From Eledone cirrhosa (taxonomy: Eukaryota): a stretch of DNA of 64,000 nucleotides. The translations under genes and the position numbers were made by a program. Positions 38,301-52,700 of this stretch are shown in pieces (position 1 is the first letter of the stretch; each line of letters opens with the position of its first letter). The stretch spans positions 291,772,001-291,836,000 of the forward strand of contig OZ024742.1 of the NCBI GenBank assembly GCA_964016885.1. The letters run 5' to 3'. The notes beneath the pieces were generated by a model that searched no databases, had not been told where the DNA came from, and was given only the letters and a program-made list of their open reading frames with translations.

Positions 38301-41300
38301 AGAGGTGTAGTGTTGTGTACTGTAATGTCAGTGTCTATGAGAGGTGTAGTGTGGTGTATTGTAATGTCAGTGTCTATGAGAGGTGTAGTGTGGTGTACTG
38401 TAATGTCAGTGGCTATGAGAGGTGTAGTGTGGTGTACAGTAATGTTGTCAGTGTCTATGAGAGGTGTAGTGTTGTGTACTGTAATGTCAGTGTCTATGAG
38501 AGGTGTAGTGTGGTGTATTGTAATGTCAGTGTCTATGAGAGGTGTAGTGTGGTGTACTGTAATGTCAGTGTCTATGAGAGGTGTAGTGTGGTGTACTGTA
38601 ATGTCAGTGTCTATGAGAGGTGTAGTGTGGTGTACTGTAATGTCAGTGTCTATGTGAGGTGTAGTGTGGTGTACTGTAATGTCAGTGTCTATGAGAGGTG
38701 TAGTGTGGTGTACTGTAATGTCAGTGTCTATGAGAGGTGTAGTGTGGTGTACTGTAATGTCAGTGGCTATGAGAGGTGTAGTGTGGTGTACAGTAATGTT
38801 GTCAGTGTCTATGAGAGGTGTAGTGTGGTGTACTGTAATGTCAGTGTCTATGAGAGGTGTAGTGTGGTGTACTGTAATGTCAGTGTCTATGAGAGGTGTA
38901 GTGTGGTGTACTGTAATGTCAGTGTCTATGAGAGGTGTAGTGTGGTGTACTGTAATGTCAGTGTCTATGAGAGGTGTGGTGTGGTGTACTGTAATGTCAG
39001 TGTCTATGAGAGGTGTGGTGTGGTGTACTGTAATGTCAGTGTCTATGAGAGGTGTAGTGTGGTGTACTGTAATGTCAGTGTCTATGAGAGGTGTAGTGTG
39101 GTGTACTGTAATGTCAGTGTATATGAGAGGTGTAGTGTGGAGTACTGTAATGTCAGTGTCTATGAGAGTTGTAGTGTGGTGTACTGTAATGTCAGTGTCT
39201 ATGAGAGGAGTAGTGTGGTGTACTGTAATGTCAGTGTCTATGAGAGGTGTAGTGTGGTGTATTGTAATGTCAGTGTCTATGAGAGGTGTAGTGTGGTGTA
39301 CTGTAATGTCAGTGTCTATGAGAGGTGTAGTGTGGTGTACTGTAATGTCAGTGTCTATGAGAGGTGTAGTGTGGTGTACAGTAATGTCAGTGGCTATGAG
39401 AGGTGTAGTGTGGTGTACAGTAATGTTGTCAGTGTCTATGAGAGGTGTAGTGTGGTGTACTGTAATGTCAGTGTCTATGAGAGGTGTAGTGTGGTGTACT
39501 GTAATGTCAGTGTCTATGAGAGGTGTAGTGTGGTGTACTGTAATGTCAGTGTCTATGAGAGGTGTAGTGTGGTGTATTGTAATGTCAGTGTCTATGAGAG
39601 GTGTAGTGTGGTGTACTGTAATGTCAGTGTCTATGAGAGGTGTAGTGTGGTGTACTGTAATGTCAGAGTCTATGAGAGGTGTAGTGTGGTGTACTGTGTA
39701 ATGTCAGTGTCTATGAGAGGTGTAGTGTGGTGTATTGTAATGTCAGTGTCTATGAGAGGTGTAGTGTGGTGTACTGTAATGTCAGTGTCTATGAGAGGTG
39801 TAGTGTGGTGTACTGTAATGTCAGTGTCTATGAGAGGTGTAGTGTGGTGTACTGTAATGTCAGTGGCTATGAGAGGTGTAGTGTGGTGTACTGTAATGTC
39901 AGTGGCTATGAGAGGTGTAGTGTGGTGTACTGTAATGTCAGTGTCTATGAGAGGTGTAGTGTGGTGTACTGTAATGTCAGTGTCTATGAGAGGTGTAGTG
40001 TGGTGTACTGTAATGTCAGTGTCTATGAGAGGTGTAGTGTGGTGTACTGTAATGTCAGTGGCTATGAGAGGTGTAGTGTGGTGTACTGTAATGTCAGTGT
40101 CTATGAGAGGTGTAGTGTGGTGTACTGTAATGTCAGTGTCTATGCGAGGTGTAGTATGGTGTACTGTAATGTCAGTGGCTATGAGAGGAGTAGTGTGGTG
40201 TACTGTAATGTCAGTGTCTATGAGAGGTGTAGTGTGGTGTATTGTAATGTCAGTGTCTATGAGAGGTGTAGTGTGGTGTACTGTAATGTCAGTGTCTATG
40301 AGAGGTGTAGTGTGGTGTACTGTAATGTCAGTGGCTATGAGAGGTGTAGTGTGGTGTACTGTAATGTCAGTGTCTATGAGAGGTGTAGTGTGGTGTATTG
40401 TAATGTCAGTGTCTATGAGAGGTGTAGTGTGGTGTACTGTAATGTTGTCAGTGTCTATGAGAGGTGTAGTGTGGTGTACTGTAATGTCAGTGGCTATGAG
40501 AGGTGTAGTGTGGTGTACTGTAATGTCACTGGCTATGAGAGGTGTAGTGTGGTGTACTGTAATGTCAGTGTCTATGAGAGGTGTAGTGTGGTGTACTGTA
40601 ATGTCAGTGTCTTTGAGAGGTGTAGTGTGGTGTACTGTAATGTCAGTGTCTATGAGAGGTGTAGTGTGGTGTACTGTAATGTCAGTGTCTATGAGAGGTA
40701 TAGTGTGGTGTACTGTAATGTCAGTGGCTATGAGAGGTGTAGTGTGGTGTACTGTAATGTCAGTGTCTATGAGAGGTGTAGTGTGGTGTACTGTAATGTC
40801 AGTGTCTTTGAGAGGTGTAGTGTGGTGTACTGTAATGTCAGTGTCTATGAGAGGTGTAGTGTGGTGTACTGTAATGTCAGTGTTTATGAGAGGTGTAGTG
40901 TGGTGTACTGTAATGTCAGTGTCTATGAGAGGTGTAGTGTGGTGTACTGTAATGTCAGTGTCTATGAGAGGTGTAGTGTGGTGTACTGTAATGTCAGTGT
41001 CTATGAGAGGTGTAGTGTGGTGTACTGTAATGTCAGTGTCTATGAGAGGTGTAGTGTGGTGTATTGTAATGTCAGTGTCTATGAGAGGTGTAGTGTGGTG
41101 TACTGTAATGTCAGTGTCTATGAGAGGTGTAGTGTGGAGTACTGTAATGTCAGTGTCTATGAGAGGTGTAGTGTGGTGTACTGTAATGTCAGTGTCTATG
41201 AGAGGTGTAGTGTTGTGTACTGTAATGTCAGTGTCTATGAGAGGTGTAGTGTGGTGTACTGTAATGTCAGTGTCTATGAGAGGTGTAGTGTGGTGTACTG

Positions 41301-44300
41301 TAATGTCAGTGTCTATGAGAGGTGTAGTGTGGTGTATTGTAATGTCAGTGTCTATGAGAGGTGTAGTGTGGTGTACTGTAATGTCAGTGTCTATGAGAGG
41401 TGTAGTGTGGTGTATTGTAATGTCAGTGTCTATGAGAGGTGTAGTGTGGTGTACTGTAATGTCAGTGTCTATGAGAGGTGCAGTGTAGTGTATTGTAATG
41501 TCAGTGTCTATGAGAGGTGTAGTGTGGTGTACTGTAATGTCAGTGTCTATGAGAGGTGTAGTGTGGTGTATTGTAATGTCAGTGTCTATGAGAGGTGTAG
41601 TGTGGTGTACTGTAATGTCAGTGTCTATGAGAGGTGTAGTGTGGTGTACTGTAATGTCAGTGTCTATGAGAGGTGTAGTGTGGTGTACTGTAATGTCAGT
41701 GTCTATGAGAGGTGTAGTGTGGTGTACTGTAATGTCAGTGTCTATGAGAGGTGTAGTGTGGTGTACTGTAATGTCAGTGTCTATGAGAGGTGTAGTGTGG
41801 AGTACTGTAATGTCAGTGTCTATGAGAGGTGTAGTGTGGTGTACTGTAATGTCAGTGTCTCTGAGAGGTGTAGTGTGGTGTACTGTAATGTCAGTGTCTC
41901 TGAGAGGTGTAGTGTGGTGTACTGTAATGTCGTCAGTGGCTATGAGAGGTGTAGTGTGGTGTACTGTAATGTCAGTGTCTATGAGAGGTGTAGTGTGGAG
42001 TACTGCAATGTCAGTGTCTATGAGAGGTGTAGTGTGGTGTACTGTAATGTCAGTGTCTATGAGAGGTGTAGTGTGGTGTACTGTAATGTCAGTGTCTATG
42101 AGAGGTGTAGTGTGGTGTACTGTAATGTTGTCAGTGTCTATGAGAGGTGTAGTGTGGTGTATTGTAATGTCACTGTCTATGAGAGGTGTAGTGTGGTGTA
42201 CTGTAATGTTGTCAGTGTCTATGAGAGGTGTAGTGTGGTGTATTGTAATGTCAGTGTCTATGAGAGGTGTAGTGTGGTGTACTGTAATGTCAGTGTCTTT
42301 GAGAGGTGTAGTGTGGTGTACTGTAATGTCAGTGGCTATGAGAGGTGTAGTGTGGTGTACTGTAATGTCAGTGTCTATGAGAGGTGTAGTGTGGTGTACT
42401 GTAATGTCAGTGTCTATGAGAGGTGTAGTGTGGTGTACTGTAATGTCAGTGTCTATGAGAGGTGTAGTGTGGTGTACTGTAATGTCAGTGTCTATGAGAG
42501 GTGTAGTGTGGTGTACTGTAATGTCAGTGTCTATGAGAGGTGTAGTGTGGTGTACTGTAATGTCAGTGTCTATGAGAGGTGTAGTGTGGTGTACTGTAAT
42601 GTCAGTGTCTATGAGAGGTGTAGTGTGGTGTACTGTAATGTCAGTGTCTATGAGAGGTGTAGTGTGGTGTACTGTAATGTCAGTGTCTATGAGAGGTGTA
42701 GTGTGGTGTACTGTAATGTCAGTGTCTATGAGAGGTGTAGTGTGGTGTACTGTAATGTCAGTGTCTATGAGAGGTGTAGTGTGGTGTACTGTAATGTCAG
42801 TGTCTATGAGAGGTGTAGTGTGGTGTACTGTGTAATGTCAGTGTCTATGAGAGGAGTAGTGTGGTGTACTGTAATGTCAGTGTCTATGAGAGGTGTAGTG
42901 TGGTGTACTGTAATGTCAGTGTCTATGAGAGGTGTAGTGTGGTGTGCTGTAATGTCAGTGTCTATGAGAGGTGTAGTGTGGTGTACTGTAACGTCAGTGT
43001 CTATGAGAGGTGTAGTGTGGTGTACTGTAATGTCAGTGTCTATGAGAGGTGTAGTGTGGTGTACTGTAATGTCAGTGTCTATGAGAGGTGTAGTGTGGTG
43101 TACTGTAATGTCAGTGTCTATGAGAGGTGTAGTGTGGTGTACTGTAATGTCAGTGTCTATGAGAGGTGTAATGTGGTGTACTGTAATGTCAGTGTCTATG
43201 AGAAGTGTAGTGTGGTGTACTGTAATGTCAGTGTCTATGAGAGGTGTAGTGTGGTGTACTGTAATGTCAGTGTCTATGAGAGGTGTAGTGTGGTGTACTG
43301 TAATGTCAGTGTCTATGAGAGGTGTAGTGTGGTGTACTGTAATGTCAGTGTCTATGAGAGGTGTAGTGTGGTGTACTCTAATGTCAGTGTCTTTGAGAGG
43401 TGTAGTGTGGTGTACTGTAATGTCAGTGTCTATGAGAGGTGTAGTGTGGTGTACTCTAATGTCAGTGTCTATGAGAGGTGTAGTGTGGTGTACTGTAATG
43501 TCAGTGTCTATGAGAGGTGTAGTGTGGTGTACTGTAATGTCAGTGGCTATGAGAGGTGTAGTGTGGTGTACTGTAATGTCAGTGTCTATGAGAGGTGTAG
43601 TGTGGTGTACTGTAATGTCAGTGTCTATGAGAGGTGTAGTGTGGTGTACTGTAATATCAGTGTCTATGAGAGGTGTAGTGTGGTGTACTGTAATGTCAGT
43701 GTCTATGAGAGGTGTAGTGTGGTGTACTGTAATGTTGTCAGTGTCTATGAGAGGTGTAGTGTGGTGTACTGTAATGTCAGTGGCTATGAGAGGTGTAGTG
43801 TGGTGTACTGTAATGTCAGTGTCTATGAGAGGTGTAGTGTGGTGTACTGTAATGTCAGTGTCTATGAGAGGTGTAGTGTGGTGTACTGTAATGTCAGTGT
43901 CTATGAGAGGTGTAGTGTGGTGTACTGTAATGTCAGTGTCTATGAGAGGTGTAGTGTGGTGTATTGTAATGTCAGTGTCTATGAGAGGTGTAGTGTGGTG
44001 TACTGTAATGTCAGTGTCTATGAGAGGTGTAGTGTGGTGTACTGTAATGTCAGTGTCTATGAGAGGTGTAGTGTGGTGTACTGTAATGTCAGTGTATATG
44101 AGAGGTGTAGTGTGGTGTACTGTAATGTCAGTGTCTATGAGAGGTGTAGTGTGGTGTACTGTAAAGTCAGTGTCTATGAGAGGTGTAGTGTGGTGTACTG
44201 TAATGTCAGTGTCTATGAGAGGTGTAGTGTGGTGTATGTAATGTCAGTGTCTATGAGAGGTGTAGTGTGGTGTACTGTAATGTCAGTGTCTATGAGAGGT

Positions 44301-47300
44301 GTAGTGTGGTGTATGTAATGTCAGTGTCTATGAGAGGTGTAGTGTGGTGTACTGTAATGTCAGTGTCTATGAGAGGTGTAGTGTGGTGTACTGTAATGTC
44401 AGTGTATATGAGAGGTGTAGTGTGGTGTACTGTAATGTCAGTGTCTATGAGAGGTGTAGTGTGGTGTATGTAATGTCAGTGTCTATGAGAGGTGTAGTGT
44501 GGTGTACTGTAATGTCAGTGTCTATGAGAGGTGTAGTGTGGTGTATGTAATGTCAGTGTCTATGAGAGGTGTAGTGTGGTGTACTGTAATGTCAGTGTCT
44601 ATGAGAGGTGTAGTGTGGTGTATGTAATGTCAGTGTCTATGAGAGGTGTAGTGTGGTGTACTGTAATGTCAGTGTCTATGAGAGGTGTAGTGTGGTGTAT
44701 GTAATGTCAGTGTCTATGAGAGGTGTAGTGTGGTGTACTGTAATGTCAGTGTCTATGAGAGGTGTAGTGTGGTGTATGTAATGTCAGTGTCTATGAGAGG
44801 TGTAGTGTGGTGTACTGTAATGTCAGTGTCTATGAGAGGTGTAGTGTGGTGTACTGTAATGTCAGTGTCTATGAGAGGTGTAGTGTGGTGTACTGTAATG
44901 TCAGTGTCTATGAGAGGTGTAGTGTGGTGTACTGTAATGTCAGTGTCTATGAGAGGTGTAGTGTGGTGTACTGTAATGTCAGTGTCTATGAGAGGTGTAG
45001 TGTGGTGTACTGTAATGTCAGTGTCTATGAGAGGTGTAGTGTGGTGTACTGTAATGTCAGTGTCTATGAGAGGTGTAGTGTGGTGTACTGTAATGTCAGT
45101 GTCTATGAGAGGTGTAGTGTGGTGTACTGTAATGTCAGTGTCTATGAGAGGTGTAGTGTGGTGTACTGTAATGTCAGTGTCTATGAGAGGTGTAGTGTGG
45201 TGTACTGTAATGTCAGTGTCTATGAGAGGTGTAGTGTGGTGTACTGTGTAATGTCAGTGTCTATGAGAGGAGTAGTGTGGTGTACTGTAATGTCAGTGTC
45301 TATGAGAGGTGTAGTGTGGTGTACTGTAATGTCAGTGTCTATGAGAGGTGTAGTGTGGTGTGCTGTAATGTCAGTGTCTATGAGAGGTGTAGTGTGGTGT
45401 ACTGTAACGTCAGTGTCTATGAGAGGTGTAGTGTGGTGTACTGTAATGTCAGTGTCTATGAGAGGTGTAGTGTGGTGTACTGTAATGTCAGTGTCTATGA
45501 GAGGTGTAGTGTGGTGTACTGTAATGTCAGTGTCTATGAGAGGTGTAGTGTGGTGTACTGTAATGTCAGTGTCTATGAGAGGTGTAATGTGGTGTACTGT
45601 AATGTCAGTGTCTATGAGAAGTGTAGTGTGGTGTACTGTAATGTCAGTGTCTATGAGAGGTGTAGTGTGGTGTACTGTAATGTCAGTGTCTATGAGAGGT
45701 GTAGTGTGGTGTACTGTAATGTCAGTGTCTATGAGAGGTGTAGTGTGGTGTACTGTAATGTCAGTGTCTATGAGAGGTGTAGTGTGGTGTACTCTAATGT
45801 CAGTGTCTTTGAGAGGTGTAGTGTGGTGTACTGTAATGTCAGTGTCTATGAGAGGTGTAGTGTGGTGTACTCTAATGTCAGTGTCTATGAGAGGTGTAGT
45901 GTGGTGTACTGTAATGTCAGTGTCTATGAGAGGTGTAGTGTGGTGTACTGTAATGTCAGTGGCTATGAGAGGTGTAGTGTGGTGTACTGTAATGTCAGTG
46001 TCTATGAGAGGTGTAGTGTGGTGTACTGTAATGTCAGTGTCTATGAGAGGTGTAGTGTGGTGTACTGTAATATCAGTGTCTATGAGAGGTGTAGTGTGGT
46101 GTACTGTAATGTCAGTGTCTATGAGAGGTGTAGTGTGGTGTACTGTAATGTTGTCAGTGTCTATGAGAGGTGTAGTGTGGTGTACTGTAATGTCAGTGGC
46201 TATGAGAGGTGTAGTGTGGTGTACTGTAATGTCAGTGTCTATGAGAGGTGTAGTGTGGTGTACTGTAATGTCAGTGTCTATGAGAGGTGTAGTGTGGTGT
46301 ACTGTAATGTCAGTGTCTATGAGAGGTGTAGTGTGGTGTACTGTAATGTCAGTGTCTATGAGAGGTGTAGTGTGGTGTATTGTAATGTCAGTGTCTATGA
46401 GAGGTGTAGTGTGGTGTACTGTAATGTCAGTGTCTATGAGAGGTGTAGTGTGGTGTACTGTAATGTCAGTGTCTATGAGAGGTGTAGTGTGGTGTACTGT
46501 AATGTCAGTGTATATGAGAGGTGTAGTGTGGTGTACTGTAATGTCAGTGTCTATGAGAGGTGTAGTGTGGTGTACTGTAAAGTCAGTGTCTATGAGAGGT
46601 GTAGTGTGGTGTACTGTAATGTCAGTGTCTATGAGAGGTGTAGTGTGGTGTATGTAATGTCAGTGTCTATGAGAGGTGTAGTGTGGTGTACTGTAATGTC
46701 AGTGTCTATGAGAGGTGTAGTGTGGTGTATGTAATGTCAGTGTCTATGAGAGGTGTAGTGTGGTGTACTGTAATGTCAGTGTCTATGAGAGGTGTAGTGT
46801 GGTGTACTGTAATGTCAGTGTATATGAGAGGTGTAGTGTGGTGTACTGTAATGTCAGTGTCTATGAGAGGTGTAGTGTGGTGTATGTAATGTCAGTGTCT
46901 ATGAGAGGTGTAGTGTGGTGTACTGTAATGTCAGTGTCTATGAGAGGTGTAGTGTGGTGTATGTAATGTCAGTGTCTATGAGAGGTGTAGTGTGGTGTAC
47001 TGTAATGTCAGTGTCTATGAGAGGTGTAGTGTGGTGTATGTAATGTCAGTGTCTATGAGAGGTGTAGTGTGGTGTACTGTAATGTCAGTGTCTATGAGAG
47101 GTGTAGTGTGGTGTATGTAATGTCAGTGTCTATGAGAGGTGTAGTGTGGTGTACTGTAATGTCAGTGTCTATGAGAGGTGTAGTGTGGTGTATGTAATGT
47201 CAGTGTCTATGAGAGGTGTAGTGTGGTGTACTGTAATGTCAGTGTCTATGAGAGGTGTAGTGTGGTGTACTGTAATGTCAGTGTATATGAGAGGTGTAGT

Positions 47301-48468
47301 GTGGTGTACTGTAATGTCAGTGTCTATGAGAGGTGTAGTGTGGTGTACTGTAAAGTCAGTGTCTATGAGAGGTGTAGTGTGGTGTATTGTAATGTCAGTG
47401 TCTATGAGAGGTGTAGTGTGGTGTACTGTAATGTCAGTGTCTATGAGAGGTGTAGTGTGGTGTACTGTAATGTCAGTGTCTATGAGAGGTGTAGTGTGGT
47501 GTATTGTAATGTCAGTGTCTATGAGAGGTGTAGTGTGGTGTATTGTAATGTCGTCAGTGTCTATGAGAGGTGTAGTGTGGTGTACTGTAATGTCAGTGTC
47601 TATGAGAGGTGTAGTGTGGTGTACTGTAATGTCAGTGTCTATGAGAGGTGTAGTGTGGTGTACTGTAATGTCAGTGTCTATGAGGTGTAGTGTGGTGTAC
47701 TGTAATGTCGTCAGTGGCTATGAGAGGTGTAGTGTGGTGTACTGTAATGTCAGTGTCTATGAGAGGTGTAGTGTGGTGTACTGTAATGTCAGTGTCTATG
47801 AGAGGTGTAGTGTGGTGTACTGTAATGTCGTCAGTGGCTATGAGAGGTGTAGTGTGGTGTACTGTAATGTCAGTGTCTATGAGAGGTGTAGTGTGGTGTA
47901 CTGTAATGTCGTCAGTGTCTATGAGAGGTGTAGTGTGGTGTACTGTAATGTCGTAAGTGGCTATGAGAGGTGTAGTGTGGTGTACTGTAATGTCGTCAGT
48001 GTCTATGAGAGGTGTAGTGTGGTGTACTGTAATGTCGTCAGTGGCTATGAGAGGTGTAGTGTGGTGTACTGTAATGTCGTCAGTGGCTATGAGAGGTGTA
48101 GTGTGGTGTACTGTAATGTCAGTGTCTATGAGAGGTATAGTGTGGTGTATTGTAATGTCGTCAGTGTCTATGAGAGGTGTAGTTAGGTGTATTGTAATGT
48201 CAGTGTCTATGAGAGGTATAGTGTGGTGTATTGTAATGTCGTCAGTGTCTATGAGAGGTGTAGTGTGGTGTATTGTAATGTCAGTGTCTATGAGAGGTAT
48301 AGTGTGTTGTATTGTAATGTCGTCAGTGGCTATGAGAGGTGTAGTGTGGTGTACTGTAATGTCGTTAGTGGCTATGAGAGGTGTAGTGTAGTGTATTGTA
48401 ATGTCAGTGTCTATGAGAGGTGTAGTGTGGTGTACTGTAATGTCGTCAGTGTATATCAAGGGTGTAGT
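26351..48468. repeat. 39-bp satellite array, ~22 kb (~565 units), with higher-order duplications
   Basis: Unit GTCAGTGTCTATGAGAGGTGTAGTGTGGTGTACTGTAAT, with length variants of 37, 38, 41 and 42 bp. Confidence 0.99.
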
Positions 48469-49129
48469 TTACATCCAACAACAGACAAAGTGCTGATGAT
48501 TAATTCTTTCATAGCTGTATTTCTAATAAAATATGCTTTATTATATTCAATTAATTATTGAAGAAGTTTGGAGGGGTTTATTAAAATTATTAATTATTTC
48601 ATTACTAAGATAACTCAACATGGCATTTATAGTAAATTATTTTGAATATTTTAATTTAAATAGGAACACTTGAAAATATGTGGTTTTATTACATAGAACC
48701 AGAGTTGGTTTTGGCTGGGTTGGTATCAAATGGGTTACCACTTTTCTAACCATATATTTAAGAAAAATACACTGCTTATATGTTTTAATTAATTTTGAAA
48801 ATAAACAAGAATTTTTAAGGATCCTGTAAACTATTATTTTCATTATTAAGTGGTTATTTGGAACATAACAAAATAAGGTTCTTAGATAAAATTATAATAG
48901 GTTTTCAATTAAATATGAACATTTTCTATTATAGAACCAGAGATGGTCTCCTGTGGATAATATGAATTTGCAGTACTTATACAGCCTATCTATTTACCTA
49001 TCTAATCCTTCTCTCATTATAATACACTCTGGGTTTTATTCTCTCTTTCACTTTTTCTTCCACCTCTTTCATCATAGCCTTTGCTTTCTCCTTCCTATAG
49101 CATAAGAGAAACAGGGAAGATGTACATAG

Positions 49130-49720
49130 CCATCTCTGTAATATTACTGGAGTATTTATTTATCTACTGTAGTATTAGAAAGTATTTATCCAGTAAGCTG
49201 TGGCCTTTCAAGAGTATTTATCCATCCTCTGTAGTATTTAAGAGTATCCAGTGAGTCATGGTGTTACAGGAATACTTATCCTGTAGGCTGTAGTAATACA
49301 GTAAGCTGTGCTATATCAGGAGTATCCAGTAAACTGAAGTATTATGGTACTACAGGAGTAAGCATCTAATGAACTGTAGTATCCAGTAAGAAGGGTTATT
49401 ACTGGACTATCCTGTAAGCCATGACAGTGAGTATTTATACAGTAAGTTTTGATATGATAAAATATTTATTCGGTAAGTTGTGGTACTAGAGAAATATGCA
49501 TCTAATGAACTGCTGTGTTATAGAAGTATCCAGTAAGCTGTAACATTAGTAAACTGTAGTAATATTGGGTACATATCCAGTAAGTTGTGGTACTACAGGA
49601 GTATGCATCTAATAAGCTGTGGTGTTATAGAAGTGTGTCCAGCCATAGTTGTATTACAAAAACATCGAGTAAACTATGGTATTTCAGAAGTATCCAGTAA
49701 GCTATATTATTATTGAGTAT
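49130..49720. repeat. Degenerate left flank of the 27/28-bp satellite
   Basis: Diverged GTATCCAGTAAGCTGTRGTATTACAGGA-like units. Confidence 0.8.
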
Positions 49721-52700
49721 CCAGTACATTGTAGTAATGCAGGAGTATCTCTCCATTGTAGCATTACAGGATTATCCAGTACATTGTAGCATTACAGGAG
49801 TATCTATCCATTGTAGCATTACAGGAGTATCTATCCATTGTAGCATTACAGGAGTATCCAGTACATTGTAGCATTACAGGAGTATCCAGTACATTGTAGC
49901 ATTACAGGAGTATCTATCCATTGTAGCATTACAGGAGTATCCAGTACATTGTAGCATTAAAGGAGTATCTATCCATTGTAGCATTACAGGAGTATCCAGT
50001 ACATTGTAGCATTAAAGGAGTATCTATCCATTGTAGCATTACAGGAGTATCCAGTACATTGTAGCATTAAAGGAGTATCTATCCATTGTAGCATTACATG
50101 AGTATCCAGTACATTGTAGCATTACAGTAGTATCCAGTACATTGTAGCATTACAGTAGTATCCAGTACATTGTAGCATTACAGGAGTATCCAGTACATTG
50201 TAGCATTACAGGAGTATCCAGTACATTGTAGCATTACAGGAGTATCTATCCATTGTAGCATTACAGGAGTATCCAGTACATTGTAGCATTACAGGAGTAT
50301 CTATCCATTGTAGCATTACAGGAGTATCCAGTACATTGTAGCATTACAGGAGTATCTATCCATTGTAGCATTACAGGAGTATCTATCCATTGTAGCATTA
50401 CAGGATTATCCAGTACATTGTAGCATTACAGGAGTATCCAGTACATTGTAGCATTACAGGAGTATCTATCCATTGTAGCATTACAGGAGTATCTATCCAT
50501 TGTAGCATTACAGGAGTATCTATCCATTGTAGCATTACAGGAGTATCCAGTACATTGTAGCATTACAGGAGTATCCAGTACATTGTAGCATTACAGGAGT
50601 ATCTATCCGTTGTAGCATTACAGGAGTATCTATCCATTGTAGCATTACAGGAGTATCTATCCATTGTAGCATTACAGGAGTATCCAGTACATTGTAGCAT
50701 TACAGGATTATCCAGTACATTGTAGCATTACAGGAGTAACTATCCATTGTAGCATTACAGGAGTATCCAGTACATTGTAGCATTACAGAAGTATCCAGTA
50801 CATTGTAGCATTACAGGAGTATCTATCCATTGTAGCATTACATGATTATCCAGTACATTGTAGCATGACAGGAGTATCTATCCATTGTAGCATTACAGGA
50901 GTATCCAGTACATTGTAGCATTACGGGAGTATCTATCCATTTTAGCATTACAGGATTATCCAGTACATTGTAGCATTACAGGAGTATCCAGTACATTGTA
51001 GCATTACAGGAGTATCTATCCATTGTAGCATTACAGGATTATCCAGTACATTGTAGCATTACAGGAGTATCCAGTACATTGTAGCATTACAGGAGTATCT
51101 ATCCATTGTAGCATTACAGGATTATCCAGTACATTGTAGCATTACAGGAGTATCTATCCATTGTAGCATTACAGGAGTATCCAGTACATTGTAGCATTAC
51201 AGGAGTATCCAGTACATTGTAGCATTACAGGAGTATCTATCCATTGTAGCATTGCAGGAGTATCTATCCATTGTAGCATTACAGGATTATCCAGTACATT
51301 GTAGCATTACAGGAGTATCCAGTACATTGTAGCATTACAGGAGTATCCAGTACATTGTAGCATTACAGGAGTATCTATCCATTGTAGCATTACAGGAGTA
51401 TCTATCCATTGTAGCATTACACGAGTATCTATCCATTGTAGCATTACAGGAGTATCCAGTACATTGTAGCATTACAGCAGTATCTATCCATTGTAGCATT
51501 ACAGGAGTATCCAGTACATTGTAGCATTACATGAGTATCTATCCATTGTAGCATTACAGGAGTATCTATCCATTGTAGCATTACAGGATTATCCAGTCCA
51601 TTGTAGCATTACAGGAGTATCTATCCATTGTAGCATTACAGGAGTATCTATCCATTGTAGCATTACAGGAGTATCCAGTACATTGTAGCATTACAGGAGT
51701 ATCTATCCATTGTAGCATTACAGGAGTATCTATCCATTGTAGCATTACAGGAGTATCCAGTACATTGTAGCATTACAGGAGTATCTATCCATTGTAGCAT
51801 TACAGGAGTATCCAGTACATTGTAGCATTACAGGAGTATCTATCCATTGTAGCATTACAGGATTATCCAGTACATTGTAGCATTACAGGATTATCTATCC
51901 ATTGTAGCATTACAGGATTATCTATCCATTGTAGCATTACAGGAGTATCCAGTACATTGTAGCATTACAGGATTATCTATCCATTGTAGCATTACAGGAG
52001 TATCCAGTACATTGTAGCATTACAGGATTATCTATCCATTGTAGCATTACAGGAGTATCCAGTACATTGTAGCATTACAGGATTATCTATCCATTGTAGC
52101 ATTACAGGAGTATCCAGTACATTGTAGCATTACAGGATTATCCAGTACATTGTAGCATTACAGGATTATCTATCCATTGTAGCATTACAGGATTATCTAT
52201 CCATTGTAGCATTACAGGAGTATCCAGTACATTGTAGCATTACAGGATTATCTATCCATTGTAGCATTACAGGATTATCTATCCATTGTAGCATTACAGG
52301 AGTATCCAGTACATTGTAGCATTACAGGATTATCCAGTACATTGTAGCATTACAGGATTATCTATCCATTGTAGCATTACAGGATTATCTATCCATTGTA
52401 GCATTACAGGAGTATCCAGTACATTGTAGCATTACAGGATTATCTATCCATTGTAGCATTACAGGAGTATCCAGTACATTGTAGCATTACAGGATTATCT
52501 ATCCATTGTAGCATTACAGGAGTATCCAGTACATTGTAGCATTACAGGATTATCTATCCATTGTAGCATTACAGGAGTATCCAGTACATTGTAGCATTAC
52601 AGGAGTATCCAGTACATTGTAGCATTACAGGAGTATCTATCCATTGTAGCATTACAGGATTATCCAGTACATTGTAGCATTACAGGAGTAACTATCCATT

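Noticed and set aside
26337-48561. Very long ORFs (VSVYERCSVVYCN, MSVSMRGVVWCTV, and minus-strand ITVHHTTPLIDTD repeats) as a structural or mucin-like protein
   Set aside because: The unit length is a multiple of 3, so open frames arise trivially. Many 37/38/41-bp units shift frame, the variants show no consistent synonymous bias, and there is no unique N- or C-terminal domain.
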